Below are positions 9,876-18,740 of a DNA stretch of 64,000 nucleotides, one piece after another; position 1 is the stretch's first letter, and the number at the start of each line of letters is the position of its first letter. Source of the stretch: Candidatus Woesearchaeota archaeon. GTDB lineage: Archaea > Nanobdellota > Nanobdellia > Woesearchaeales > UBA11576. The position numbers were made by a program, and so were the translations under genes. Location: assembly GCA_018675335.1 (NCBI GenBank), contig JABGYH010000006.1, positions 17,464-81,463 on the forward strand, in the 5' to 3' direction. The notes under the pieces were generated by a model that was not told where the DNA came from, did no database searches, and worked only from the letters and a program-made list of their open reading frames with translations.

Positions 9876-11069
9876 TCACCACTGTGTTTGTTGTTTTTTT
9901 TTCCTCTTTTTCAAAACAATTAATACTAAAATATTAAGTAATACAAGGACAGTTACAGCACCTATCAACATCCAATTAGTATCCCCATCAAAAGTTGAAG
10001 GTTTTTTCTCATCTTGACTTTTTTGAAACTCTTCTTGACTCAGAACAGTCACATTACCCTTATAATTAGAACTGCTCCCATCATAAAACAAAGTTATTCT
10101 TAAATCTTTATTTCCTGATGTTAAGCTTTGAGAATCTAAGTACGTAGACAATGTTCCCATTCCCATTTTATCTAATTTAATTGTAGGTGTCTGAGTAATA
10201 AGGTCATCAATAAATATTTTAGCATATATATTAACATTATTATTCCAATTACTCTTAACACGAACATCAAATGGAGCTATAATACCTGCAATTAATCTAG
10301 TAGTGTGACTCATAACACCTATATTTTTTGTTCCTACAAAAAAAGAATCGCTAAGATTTTCTTCAGGTTGACCATCATAATTAATAATTGCAGTTGCAGT
10401 ATATTTACCAGGGGGAAACCCAGTAGAATCAAAGTCTGCTTCCAAAAAAATCTGTTCAAAATAACCTACTGAAAGCTCATTTGTATAAAGCGTAGTAATA
10501 GAATTTTGTTGATCATCAAATACATTTATTGTTGCACTTATTTTATCAATTAAATTTGTTCCTAAATTTTGAACTGAAATTTGCATTTTTGCAATATCAT
10601 TCTCATTTAAATTAGGCGCATTTAATTCAGAATTAATTTTATACCCTTCATAAGGCATATTAATTATTATTTTTCCCCTCGCACTACCAATTGAACCCGT
10701 TCCTCCACTATTTAAACTAGATGTTGGCACTTCAGTTACCGTAACAAAATTAGTTATTTGTCCTTGTTCAATTAAAGTTTCAGGAAGGTTTACATGAACT
10801 TTAAAATTAAGTATCGCAGGATTTTTAATATTTTTTATATATTTAGGTTCAACAGTTATATACTCCGATAATTTACCAGACACAGTTATGTCATAATCCA
10901 GCACTAAAGGAGGCCTGTTTGCTTTTATACTATAAGTATACGTTTTTTTATCACCTGGTTTAAAATTAATTAATTTTCCAGGTCCTCCAACCGAGCCAAT
11001 ACCAATAGCTAAAATAGAATTAGTAAACATAATTAATATTACTATATATAACACAAATTTTAATTTCAT
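9876..11069 (-). CDS. Secreted multi-Ig-like-domain protein with C-terminal TM anchor and basic tail (putative chaperone/anchor)
   Basis: Signal peptide (ILA|IGIG), beta-rich domains with VQNLGT and GKYTATAIINY motifs, C-terminal TM followed by KKRKKK. Confidence 0.65.
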   Translation of the reverse strand: MKLKFVLYIVILIMFTNSILAIGIGSVGGPGKLINFKPGDKKTYTYSIKANRPPLVLDYDITVSGKLSEYITVEPKYIKNIKNPAILNFKVHVNLPETLIEQGQITNFVTVTEVPTSSLNSGGTGSIGSARGKIIINMPYEGYKINSELNAPNLNENDIAKMQISVQNLGTNLIDKISATINVFDDQQNSITTLYTNELSVGYFEQIFLEADFDSTGFPPGKYTATAIINYDGQPEENLSDSFFVGTKNIGVMSHTTRLIAGIIAPFDVRVKSNWNNNVNIYAKIFIDDLITQTPTIKLDKMGMGTLSTYLDSQSLTSGNKDLRITLFYDGSSSNYKGNVTVLSQEEFQKSQDEKKPSTFDGDTNWMLIGAVTVLVLLNILVLIVLKKRKKKQQTQW

Positions 11070-11099
11070 TTTATAATAAATCCCCCTTTACAATAAAAG

Positions 11100-11118
11100 A
11101 AAAAAAAAAAAAAAAAAA
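11100..11118 (-). terminator. T19 tract immediately after the stop codon of 11120-11797 (archaeal oligo-U terminator)
   Basis: 19 consecutive A on + strand, i.e. T19 on the coding strand, starting 2 nt after TAA. Confidence 0.6.
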
Positions 11119-11119
11119 C

Positions 11120-11797
11120 TTAGTCTGGATCCGCATCACAAGGAGTTTCAGAACATTCTGCTACAAAAGTCCAAGTTGCTGTCTGTCCACCTTTGTTTGC
11201 TCCTTTTGGAATTTTAACATATGATGATACACTTGTATCTTCTGCTACATCCAAGTCAGTACAAACTACTTGTGAACTTCCAGTAATTTCAGCATACGTT
11301 GGTATATCCCCATCAGCACACTCATTAACATAACTTCCTCCAGCTAAATTTGAAGCATACTTAAATGATGGCGCTACATCATTACACTGATCACAAATAA
11401 ATGATGTACTAACTAAACTTGAAGTAAAGTTAATTGACAAGTCAAAACTTCCATCATTGTGAATTTGAACTGCATCTGTAGGACAAACTAAATCAGGGAA
11501 TAAAGCATCGTTAGTTTCAGTTCCATTTCCAGACCAACACTCATAATATGTTGAATCATCACTACCATTTAATGTTGCACTACCAAACGCGATAGCAGAA
11601 TCAATAAATTCGAAACTTGAATACGCTGTAATGTTCAATGTAACTTCTCCATCTTGAGTTGTGTTTGTTCCGGACGCAAATCCAGTCACAACTGTAACTT
11701 TACCTAATTTATTCATACTTAATACTACGCCCCCTAAACTAACAACGATTGCTGCTACTAATAGGATAGCTAATGTTTTGTTTGAAACTTCTTCCAT
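11120..11797 (-). CDS. Exported acidic, Cys-rich beta protein; putative major surface filament subunit
   Basis: N-terminal EEVSNKT + TM + VTGFA; 8 Cys; 5 extracellular N-glycosylation sequons (NTT, NIT, NGS, NGT, NFT); strong SD AGGAGG; ends in a strand GGQTATWTFVA. Confidence 0.6.
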   Translation of the reverse strand: MEEVSNKTLAILLVAAIVVSLGGVVLSMNKLGKVTVVTGFASGTNTTQDGEVTLNITAYSSFEFIDSAIAFGSATLNGSDDSTYYECWSGNGTETNDALFPDLVCPTDAVQIHNDGSFDLSINFTSSLVSTSFICDQCNDVAPSFKYASNLAGGSYVNECADGDIPTYAEITGSSQVVCTDLDVAEDTSVSSYVKIPKGANKGGQTATWTFVAECSETPCDADPD

Positions 11798-11817
11798 ATT
11801 ATATCAAACCTCCTCTT

Positions 11818-12147
11818 TTATTCTGTAGGATTTTCAGTTCCTTCAACTGCTTCTGGTTCTACTGGTGCAGGTTCTAAAACCGCTTCAGCTTCTACAGGTT
11901 GTTCTGCTGGTAATATCTCTAAACTTACTTCTGCATCTTTAGGCTCTACTGGTGCAGGCTCTGGCGCAGGTTGAATTATTTCTAATGAAACCTTTGCATC
12001 ACCTTTATCAGACGGACCTACGATATTAACATCAGTAGGTGCCTTACTAGCCATCTCTAATACTGTCACTGTACCAACAACTGAAACAACAAGTGTAAGA
12101 ACCAGCAAAATCAAAATAGTTTTTTTCGAAACGTCATCTTTTGCCAT
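11818..12147 (-). CDS. Small membrane-anchored Pro/Glu-rich protein with two DAxVSLEI repeats
   Basis: DDVSKKT + TM paralogous to the N-terminus of the next gene; DAKVSLEI and DAEVSLEI; EPAPVEP repeated; SD AAGGAGGT. Confidence 0.75.
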   Translation of the reverse strand: MAKDDVSKKTILILLVLTLVVSVVGTVTVLEMASKAPTDVNIVGPSDKGDAKVSLEIIQPAPEPAPVEPKDAEVSLEILPAEQPVEAEAVLEPAPVEPEAVEGTENPTE

Positions 12148-12239
12148 ATTACTTACCTCCTTTTAAGAAACTTTGTTTTTAAAAAAACTCCATTTCTTCA
12201 CCTTAAAAATTAAATTATTGTACTGAATACAAAAAATTA

Positions 12240-12254
12240 TATTTAAAGCTTTCT
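12240..12254 (-). promoter_or_regulatory. BRE/TATA promoter of the exported-protein/exosortase operon
   Basis: Minus strand AGAAAGC-TTTAAATA about 93 bp upstream of the 12147 ATG. Confidence 0.55.
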
Positions 12255-12415
12255 ATTTTTTGGCCTTTTTTCCATACCAGGACCCAAATAACGCCACTGA
12301 AACGACCAAGAAGTAGTAAACATAAAAAACAACTAAAAAACCAATAAATTTCACTACTTAATCATAGTTAAATAACCAAAAGATATTTAAATGATTAAAT
12401 TCTTTACCAACTAAA

Positions 12416-12937
12416 ATGTGGGCCGACTTACTACATAAAATTTGTATTTTCTTAATAATTATAATTTTAATAACATTAGGTTGGACTGCAAATGATATCA
12501 TCAGTGAAAGCCTAGAAATAAAATATGAAAAACCATTCGCATTTTCAATTAAAGAAATAACTAAAAGTACAGAAATTAGTTCTCCCTCAAATCACATTAA
12601 AGAAAACCAAATTCATGTTTACCAAGATTTAATCATTTTAGATATAAAAAACGCTAGTTGGGGTAGTTTTACAGATACTAATAGCATGGATCCATTCTTA
12701 GATCAAGGCTCAAATAGCATCGAAATCAAACCAACAAAACAATCACAAATTCAAGTAGGAGATATTATTTCTTATGAAAACTCTAAAAAAGAAATCATAA
12801 TTCACAGAGTAATAGAAAAAGGACTTGATTCAGAAGGTACTTATTATATACTTAAAGGAGATAATAATCAAGGTAAAGATCATCAAAAAGTACGGTTCAA
12901 TCAAATCAAAGGAATTTTAGTTGGAATAATTTACTAA
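12416..12937 (+). CDS. Signal peptidase I-like S26 peptidase (archaeal/ER/SipW type, Ser-His)
   Basis: N-terminal TM; TNSMDP (catalytic Ser), VGDII, IIHRV (His), KGDNN...D motifs. Confidence 0.8.
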   Translation: MWADLLHKICIFLIIIILITLGWTANDIISESLEIKYEKPFAFSIKEITKSTEISSPSNHIKENQIHVYQDLIILDIKNASWGSFTDTNSMDPFLDQGSNSIEIKPTKQSQIQVGDIISYENSKKEIIIHRVIEKGLDSEGTYYILKGDNNQGKDHQKVRFNQIKGILVGIIY

Positions 12938-12947
12938 TCAAACCAAA

Positions 12948-13799
12948 ATGGTTTTTCAAGAAGAAGCTAAATATTTAAGAGAATGCCAAACAAGGGTCAT
13001 AATCCCTGTTCCAACTAGGTCAGGAATTGAAAAATTTCTATTTCACCAAGATAAAAATTCTCAAACAGGACAAGAATCTCACATTAAATCAATTGGGGGA
13101 ATAGTTGACTTAGGTGATTTAAGCATTACTGAAAGATTATCTTTAGAAGTTTCTCAAGAATTAGGTGCAGAATTAGTTTATGTTGAACCATTTTATGTTG
13201 CAATTGATTCAAGAACAGATTCTACAACTGGCTCAACAGTTCATTCAGTTATTCATTATTATTGGGGAAAATTAAAAAGAACGCCCCCTGAAGGAATCAT
13301 AACTCCTGATAAAACATTAATTACTCCCTCAGGTGCAAAAATACATCTCCCTAACATAACTCCTGATGAAAATGGAGATATCACACACAGAATTAAACAT
13401 TTAACAAGGGATGATGTTCAAACAATGTGTTATGATGGCACTCGAAGAGCAGTAGATCAATTAAATGATTTAAGTTTAAATGAACGCGCAAAATCTAGAG
13501 ACTATACTCTTTCACAAGAATATGTTAGTTTAGTTCAACAAATGACTGGTAAAAAAATTTCTCAAAAATGCCAACTTATTCTCAGACCATATAAAAAGCA
13601 TGCAATCAAAGGATTAAAAGAAGCTCAATTATTAATTATGACTGATTTATTTTGGCACAATACAAGACTTACTTGGAATAGAAGAAAACATGCTAGTTTA
13701 AAAAAACAAGTGAAAACTTATGCGCGATCTAAAAAATTCAAAACAGAGATTCAAAAACTATTTGAAGGAGGCCAATTATACTTAAAATATTTTCAATAA
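12948..13799 (+). CDS. Hypothetical protein with degenerate Nudix-like N-terminal domain
   Basis: GGIVDLGDLSITERLSLEVSQELG resembles the Nudix box GX5EX7REUXEEXG with several substitutions. Confidence 0.45.
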   Translation: MVFQEEAKYLRECQTRVIIPVPTRSGIEKFLFHQDKNSQTGQESHIKSIGGIVDLGDLSITERLSLEVSQELGAELVYVEPFYVAIDSRTDSTTGSTVHSVIHYYWGKLKRTPPEGIITPDKTLITPSGAKIHLPNITPDENGDITHRIKHLTRDDVQTMCYDGTRRAVDQLNDLSLNERAKSRDYTLSQEYVSLVQQMTGKKISQKCQLILRPYKKHAIKGLKEAQLLIMTDLFWHNTRLTWNRRKHASLKKQVKTYARSKKFKTEIQKLFEGGQLYLKYFQ

Positions 13800-13928
13800 T
13801 AAAAAATAATCTAACATATTATACTCCCATCATATAGTGCACTCTCAATCATAAGTAACCAAATCCACATATAAAAAAAATTATTTCTTCAACAAATTAT
13901 TTAAACACTTAGTTCTTATTCTTAATTT

Positions 13929-14849
13929 ATGACCCAAAATATACCCTACCATGTTCTTGCAGATCCAGAAAAAATAAAAAAAATCGAACAAGCAGGAAAA
14001 ATTGCAGCAGAAGCATTACAATATGGCAAATCACTCATAAAACCAGGAGTTTTACTACTAGATGTTGCAACCAAAGTAGAAAAAAAAATATTTGATATGG
14101 GTGGAAAGCTAGCATTCCCAGTTAACATCTCACTAAATCAAACCGCAGCACATTACACTCCCATCCCTCAAGATAAATCAGTTTTTACTGATGAAATTAT
14201 TAAATTAGATGTTGGAGCACACGTTGATGGATTTATTGGAGACAATGCACTTACAGTTGACTTATCAAATCAACATTCTGATTTAGTTAAAGCTTCACGC
14301 GATGCACTTAATGCAGCAATTAAAACAATTCGAGTCGGAGTAACATTAGGTGAAATTGGAAAAGCAATACAAGAAACAATTGAAAGTTCAGGATTTAAAC
14401 CAATTAAAAATCTTAGCGGTCATGGACTCGGAGAATACGAACAACATAGCGGAATTAGCATTCCAAATTACAATACAGGAGATACAACTGAATTAAATGA
14501 AGGGCAACACATCGCAATTGAACCTTTTGCCACAAATGGAATAGGACTCATTGTTGAAAAAGGAAATCCATTCATTTATTCCCAAGTAATCAAAAAACCA
14601 GTTAGAAGTCAAATAACCCGCGAAGTTCTTAAATTAATTGAATCATACAAAGGACTACCTTTCGCAACTAGATGGATCACAGATAAATATCCTTTGTTCA
14701 AAGCAAATTTTGCAATAAGAGAATTAACACAAATTAATTTAATTAGGGGTTACGCACCATTAGTTGAAAAACGAGATGGACTCGTTAGTCAAGCAGAACA
14801 TAGTCTTATCGTCGGAGATAAACCTAAAATTACAACAAAAATAGATTAA
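13929..14849 (+). CDS. map: Methionine aminopeptidase type II
   Basis: AFPVNIS.N..AAHYTP, KLDVGAHVDG.I.D, NLSGHG, AIEPFAT, SQAEH motifs. Confidence 0.96.
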   Translation: MTQNIPYHVLADPEKIKKIEQAGKIAAEALQYGKSLIKPGVLLLDVATKVEKKIFDMGGKLAFPVNISLNQTAAHYTPIPQDKSVFTDEIIKLDVGAHVDGFIGDNALTVDLSNQHSDLVKASRDALNAAIKTIRVGVTLGEIGKAIQETIESSGFKPIKNLSGHGLGEYEQHSGISIPNYNTGDTTELNEGQHIAIEPFATNGIGLIVEKGNPFIYSQVIKKPVRSQITREVLKLIESYKGLPFATRWITDKYPLFKANFAIRELTQINLIRGYAPLVEKRDGLVSQAEHSLIVGDKPKITTKID

Positions 14850-14866
14850 ATAACCAAAACACAACT

Positions 14867-14965
14867 AAGTGTTGCCTTGGCAATCCAGCATAAAAAAGTT
14901 CGATTCATGCAGAACTTTTTATTGTTTATGTGACACACAGTATCAAAAAAAATGCCGCAACACTT
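14867..14965. repeat. Nested inverted-repeat element between convergent map and hisS (MITE-like or structured RNA/terminator)
   Basis: AAGTGTTGC (14867-14875) / GCAACACTT (14957-14965), then GGCA/TGCC after a 3-nt bulge; inner hairpin AAAAAGTTC/GAACTTTTT. Confidence 0.55.
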
Positions 14966-15008
14966 CACCTAAACACCCAATTTAATAACAAAAAAAAGAA
15001 AAAAAACT

Positions 15009-16325
15009 TTATTTAAGTTTTTCACAAACTTCTTTTATACTAAGTAAACTTTCTTCACCCGAACTCATATCTCTTAATTTTACTTTATCTTGATCAAGTT
15101 CATCTTGACCTACAAAGATCACAAAAGGAATATTAAATGAGTTTGCATAATTTAAATTTTTTGATATGCTTCTATTCACTAAATCAATATCACAATTTAT
15201 TCCTGAGTCTCTTAATTTTTCAGCAATCTTATTTGATTCAGTAAATGTTTTAATTGGAATAACATATGCTTTCACAGTTGTTTTTTTCAGTTCTATTTTT
15301 TTTGAGAGTTTCATTACTTCAACAATAGGTTCAAGTCCAAAACTTATCCCAACTGCAGGAAATTCTTTTTTAGATTCAAGATAATCTCCAATCATATTAT
15401 CATATCTCCCCCCAGCAGACAATGATGAAGTAAATTTAATTTTCTTACCATTTTCATCCTCAAAGTCTTGATTTTTTAAAACTACTTCAAACACCGTTCC
15501 AGTATAATAACTCAATCCCCTTGCAAGTGAAGGTCTAAATACGACATCATCACCACTAACATAGGTAAATAATTCAATTAATTTATTAAGCGCTAGTTTT
15601 GTTTCTTCTTTTTGTGCTACTAATTTAATTTTATCAATTTTTTCTTTATTTGTGCCTGATACTGTCAATAAATCTAATAATTCAGAAATCTTTGATGCGT
15701 CAAGCGAACTACTAATGTTTAAAATTGCTTCTTTTACGGCTATTATTCCAATTTTTTTTAGTTTATCAATTTCAAGAATTACGTCAACCAACAAATCATC
15801 AGAAATCTCAAATTCTCGAAGTATTGCTTCCAATAAATCTCTGCTATTAATTTCGATTTTCACTTCCAAATCTAATTGTTTGAACACTTTTTGAGCTATT
15901 TGAACGCATTGAGCATCAGAACTAATGGATTTAGCTCCAACAATATCTACATCACATTGCCAAAATTCTCTATATCTTCCAAGTTTAATAGGTCCATCTC
16001 GAAATACTCTTCCAATTTGATATCGTTTGAACGGCATTTTCATTGTTGGATTCATGCCCACAAATCGAGAAAATGGAACAGTTAAGTCATATCTTAAGCC
16101 TAATTCTCTATCTCCTTGGTCTTTAAATTGAAATGTTTCCTTAAGAATTTCTGATCCTCCAGCATATTTTGCAGCTAAAATATCCATTCTTTCAATTAAT
16201 GGCGTTTCAATAGGTACAAATCCATATAATTCAAAAACAGTTTTGAGTTTTTCAACAATTTCCTGTCTAGGTATTTTTTCTTCAGGTACAAAATCTCTTA
16301 CTCCGCGAGCATTCATTAAATTCAT
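15009..16325 (-). CDS. hisS: Histidyl-tRNA synthetase
   Basis: RGVRDF, LRYDLTVP, GRYREFWQCDVD, LARGLSYYTG, GGRYD; start reset to ATG 16325 after a GGTGA SD. Confidence 0.97.
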   Translation of the reverse strand: MNLMNARGVRDFVPEEKIPRQEIVEKLKTVFELYGFVPIETPLIERMDILAAKYAGGSEILKETFQFKDQGDRELGLRYDLTVPFSRFVGMNPTMKMPFKRYQIGRVFRDGPIKLGRYREFWQCDVDIVGAKSISSDAQCVQIAQKVFKQLDLEVKIEINSRDLLEAILREFEISDDLLVDVILEIDKLKKIGIIAVKEAILNISSSLDASKISELLDLLTVSGTNKEKIDKIKLVAQKEETKLALNKLIELFTYVSGDDVVFRPSLARGLSYYTGTVFEVVLKNQDFEDENGKKIKFTSSLSAGGRYDNMIGDYLESKKEFPAVGISFGLEPIVEVMKLSKKIELKKTTVKAYVIPIKTFTESNKIAEKLRDSGINCDIDLVNRSISKNLNYANSFNIPFVIFVGQDELDQDKVKLRDMSSGEESLLSIKEVCEKLK

Positions 16326-16565
16326 AATTATCACCATAATTAAACATTTTTCAATAATTAAACATTTTAAAGTAAATATCAAAAACATTAAAATTAAAAA
16401 CAAAAAAATATTAAAAAAAACATTAAAAAAACATTAAAAGGAAGATGATTTCTTTTCTTTTAAATAATTTATGAAATAAAACCCCTAAAACCCAAAATTA
16501 ACTCTAAAGTATTTTAACCATAAAATTTATAAATGCCAGCACCATTATTGAATTGTGGTGCTTTC

Positions 16566-17840
16566 ATGAAGAACCGTTCTAACAATGACCTTAGCGTACA
16601 TGCTATGTTGCAGTCTCAACTTCAAGTAGATCCAAATCAATTTTATTCACTCATGCTAGAACAACAACCTCAATTTGTAGTTCGCGAACTTATCAAAAGT
16701 GGACTGAAATTAACTCCTGACAACATCAAAAAATTTCTTGTTTTTTCTGCATTCGGAATTCATCGAATCGATTTTATCAAAAATATCCAATTACAATCTG
16801 ATTATAAAGAAAGAATAATTCGAGTAAATGGCAGCTCAATTGATACAAATGATGCATTTGAATATTTATTTAAAGAAGTGGATCTAAGTCTTACAGGAGT
16901 AAGCGAAGAATTATTAAAAAAATGCAGATATGGCTGTTCAAAAATTTTTAAATATGCACACGACAAACATTTAGAAACAGGAAAAAAAAGACAAGGTGCA
17001 AATTTTTATTTTATCCACGTTATTCGCGCGTGGGAATTGCTCGATAGCAAATTAATTAACATTTCTCAAAATAAAACAGAATTAATCAGAAATACTATTT
17101 TTCTTCATGATGTTGTAGAAGAAATGCAAAGCTATCGTGAAAAACAATTTAGCAATTTACTTTTAACTAAAATGAGTAGTAAAGTACATTCTGTTCCAAA
17201 TTCAGATGTTACTAATTTAATTAGTTCAAAAATTATTTCTAAACAAGAACAAAAATTAACAACTGAAATTATGTCTGATGAAACATTAAAAACATTATAT
17301 GAAGAAATTCTTAATCCCCCTGAATATCAAGAAATTATGGAACTTATGAATACTCCTTTAATCGCAAAACAAGTTGTATCCTTTGTATGGGCAGTAACTA
17401 AACAAGCAGAAAGCATAGATGCTTCATTAAATAGGCTTGTTGACGTTTCAAAAAAGATGTTTATTGAACATAACGAAAATTATGATGTTCCAGTCCTAGT
17501 AAAGTTAGGAGATTCTTTAGATAACACATCAACACTTCCTGAAAGTGGAGCTTCAGCACAACTTAATCGGTTCAAAAAAAATCTTTATTTTTTAAAAGCA
17601 CTTGATGAAAATTTAATTATACCTCATAAAATTCAAAATGAAAATATTATTAGACTACGCCAAGACTTAATTGAATGTAGCACAGAATCCATTAAACGAC
17701 TTTTTGACAAATATGCAATAGAAAAAGATTGTAATCGCAAAACATATACCAATGTCGAAAAAAGAGATTATGCAGTCATTCTAAAAAAACTCACATTCTA
17801 TAATAATCAATTTAAAATATTAAATAAAAGAAAATTCTAA
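16566..17840 (+). CDS. HD-domain protein, RelA/SpoT hydrolase (HD_4/Mesh1)-like
   Basis: YAHDKH...KRQG..FYFIHV, FLHDVVEE, VKLGDSLDN motifs with long insertions. Confidence 0.6.
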   Translation: MKNRSNNDLSVHAMLQSQLQVDPNQFYSLMLEQQPQFVVRELIKSGLKLTPDNIKKFLVFSAFGIHRIDFIKNIQLQSDYKERIIRVNGSSIDTNDAFEYLFKEVDLSLTGVSEELLKKCRYGCSKIFKYAHDKHLETGKKRQGANFYFIHVIRAWELLDSKLINISQNKTELIRNTIFLHDVVEEMQSYREKQFSNLLLTKMSSKVHSVPNSDVTNLISSKIISKQEQKLTTEIMSDETLKTLYEEILNPPEYQEIMELMNTPLIAKQVVSFVWAVTKQAESIDASLNRLVDVSKKMFIEHNENYDVPVLVKLGDSLDNTSTLPESGASAQLNRFKKNLYFLKALDENLIIPHKIQNENIIRLRQDLIECSTESIKRLFDKYAIEKDCNRKTYTNVEKRDYAVILKKLTFYNNQFKILNKRKF

Positions 17841-17883
17841 AAACTCACTAAATTAATAAAAATCAACTAACAAATATAAATTA

Positions 17884-18564
17884 CTAATTTGACTTTTCTT
17901 TCTTATTTTTTTTCATTTTATATCTTCCACGAAGTTCTACTTGATCGAGTCTCTTAATAACTTCGCATCCAATATCATAATGCTCAGAATAGCTTTCAAG
18001 CAAAAACTCATATGCTTTTTCAAATATTTTATAATGTTTTGATTCTAATGCTTGTTTTATTAAATGTAAATCTACTGCTCTATCTTCTATTTTATCTGAA
18101 AAAAAACTAAGTCCGAAATCAATAAAATAAATTTTATTTTCAGAATCACCCAAAATCATATTAGAAGTTGTTAAATCACCATGCATAATTCCATTTTTAT
18201 GCATTAATGCAATATTTTTTCCAATTTCGATGCTAAACTTTTCAAAATTAGTTTCAAAAACATCTCGTAACTTAGACCCTTTTACAAAACTCATCTGAAT
18301 AACCATATTTTTTTCATCAACACGTTCCAATTTAGGTCCAAGAACTCCAGTTGATCTTAATTTGTCCATAACTTTGGCTTCTCTTTTTGTTCTAAATTTT
18401 CGAAGTTTTAAATCAAGATCGAAATGTCTAAATTTTTTTTCAAATCTATATTTAAACACATATTCTTTAGACTCATCAACATAAATTATAGCTTCAGCAC
18501 CTTGAGCTATAGGTTCTCCTAATAAAGACCCATCAAAAGGTTCATTAATTAAATTTGCACTCAT
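17884..18564 (-). CDS. bud32: KEOPS complex kinase Bud32
   Basis: QGAEA, RTKREAK, HGDLTTSN, IDFGL, EDRAVDL, RGRY motifs. Confidence 0.93.
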   Translation of the reverse strand: MSANLINEPFDGSLLGEPIAQGAEAIIYVDESKEYVFKYRFEKKFRHFDLDLKLRKFRTKREAKVMDKLRSTGVLGPKLERVDEKNMVIQMSFVKGSKLRDVFETNFEKFSIEIGKNIALMHKNGIMHGDLTTSNMILGDSENKIYFIDFGLSFFSDKIEDRAVDLHLIKQALESKHYKIFEKAYEFLLESYSEHYDIGCEVIKRLDQVELRGRYKMKKNKKEKSN

Positions 18565-18740
18565 AATTTTTATTTTACCCTAACTTTTTATAAGTTTTAT
18601 GGAAATCTTAGATATATATCACCCTCTCGCCCAAAATCACCACACAACTCGAATATTATATTATAGACAATCATCACATTTTAACCAAATAAAATATCTT
18701 AGATAAATTTATAAGGAAAAACACAACTCACTTTAATTCT

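Noticed and set aside
11120-12147. Type IV pilin/archaellin interpretation of the exported proteins
   Set aside because: No class III signal peptide (K/R-G|hydrophobic) and no assembly ATPase or TadC-like gene nearby.
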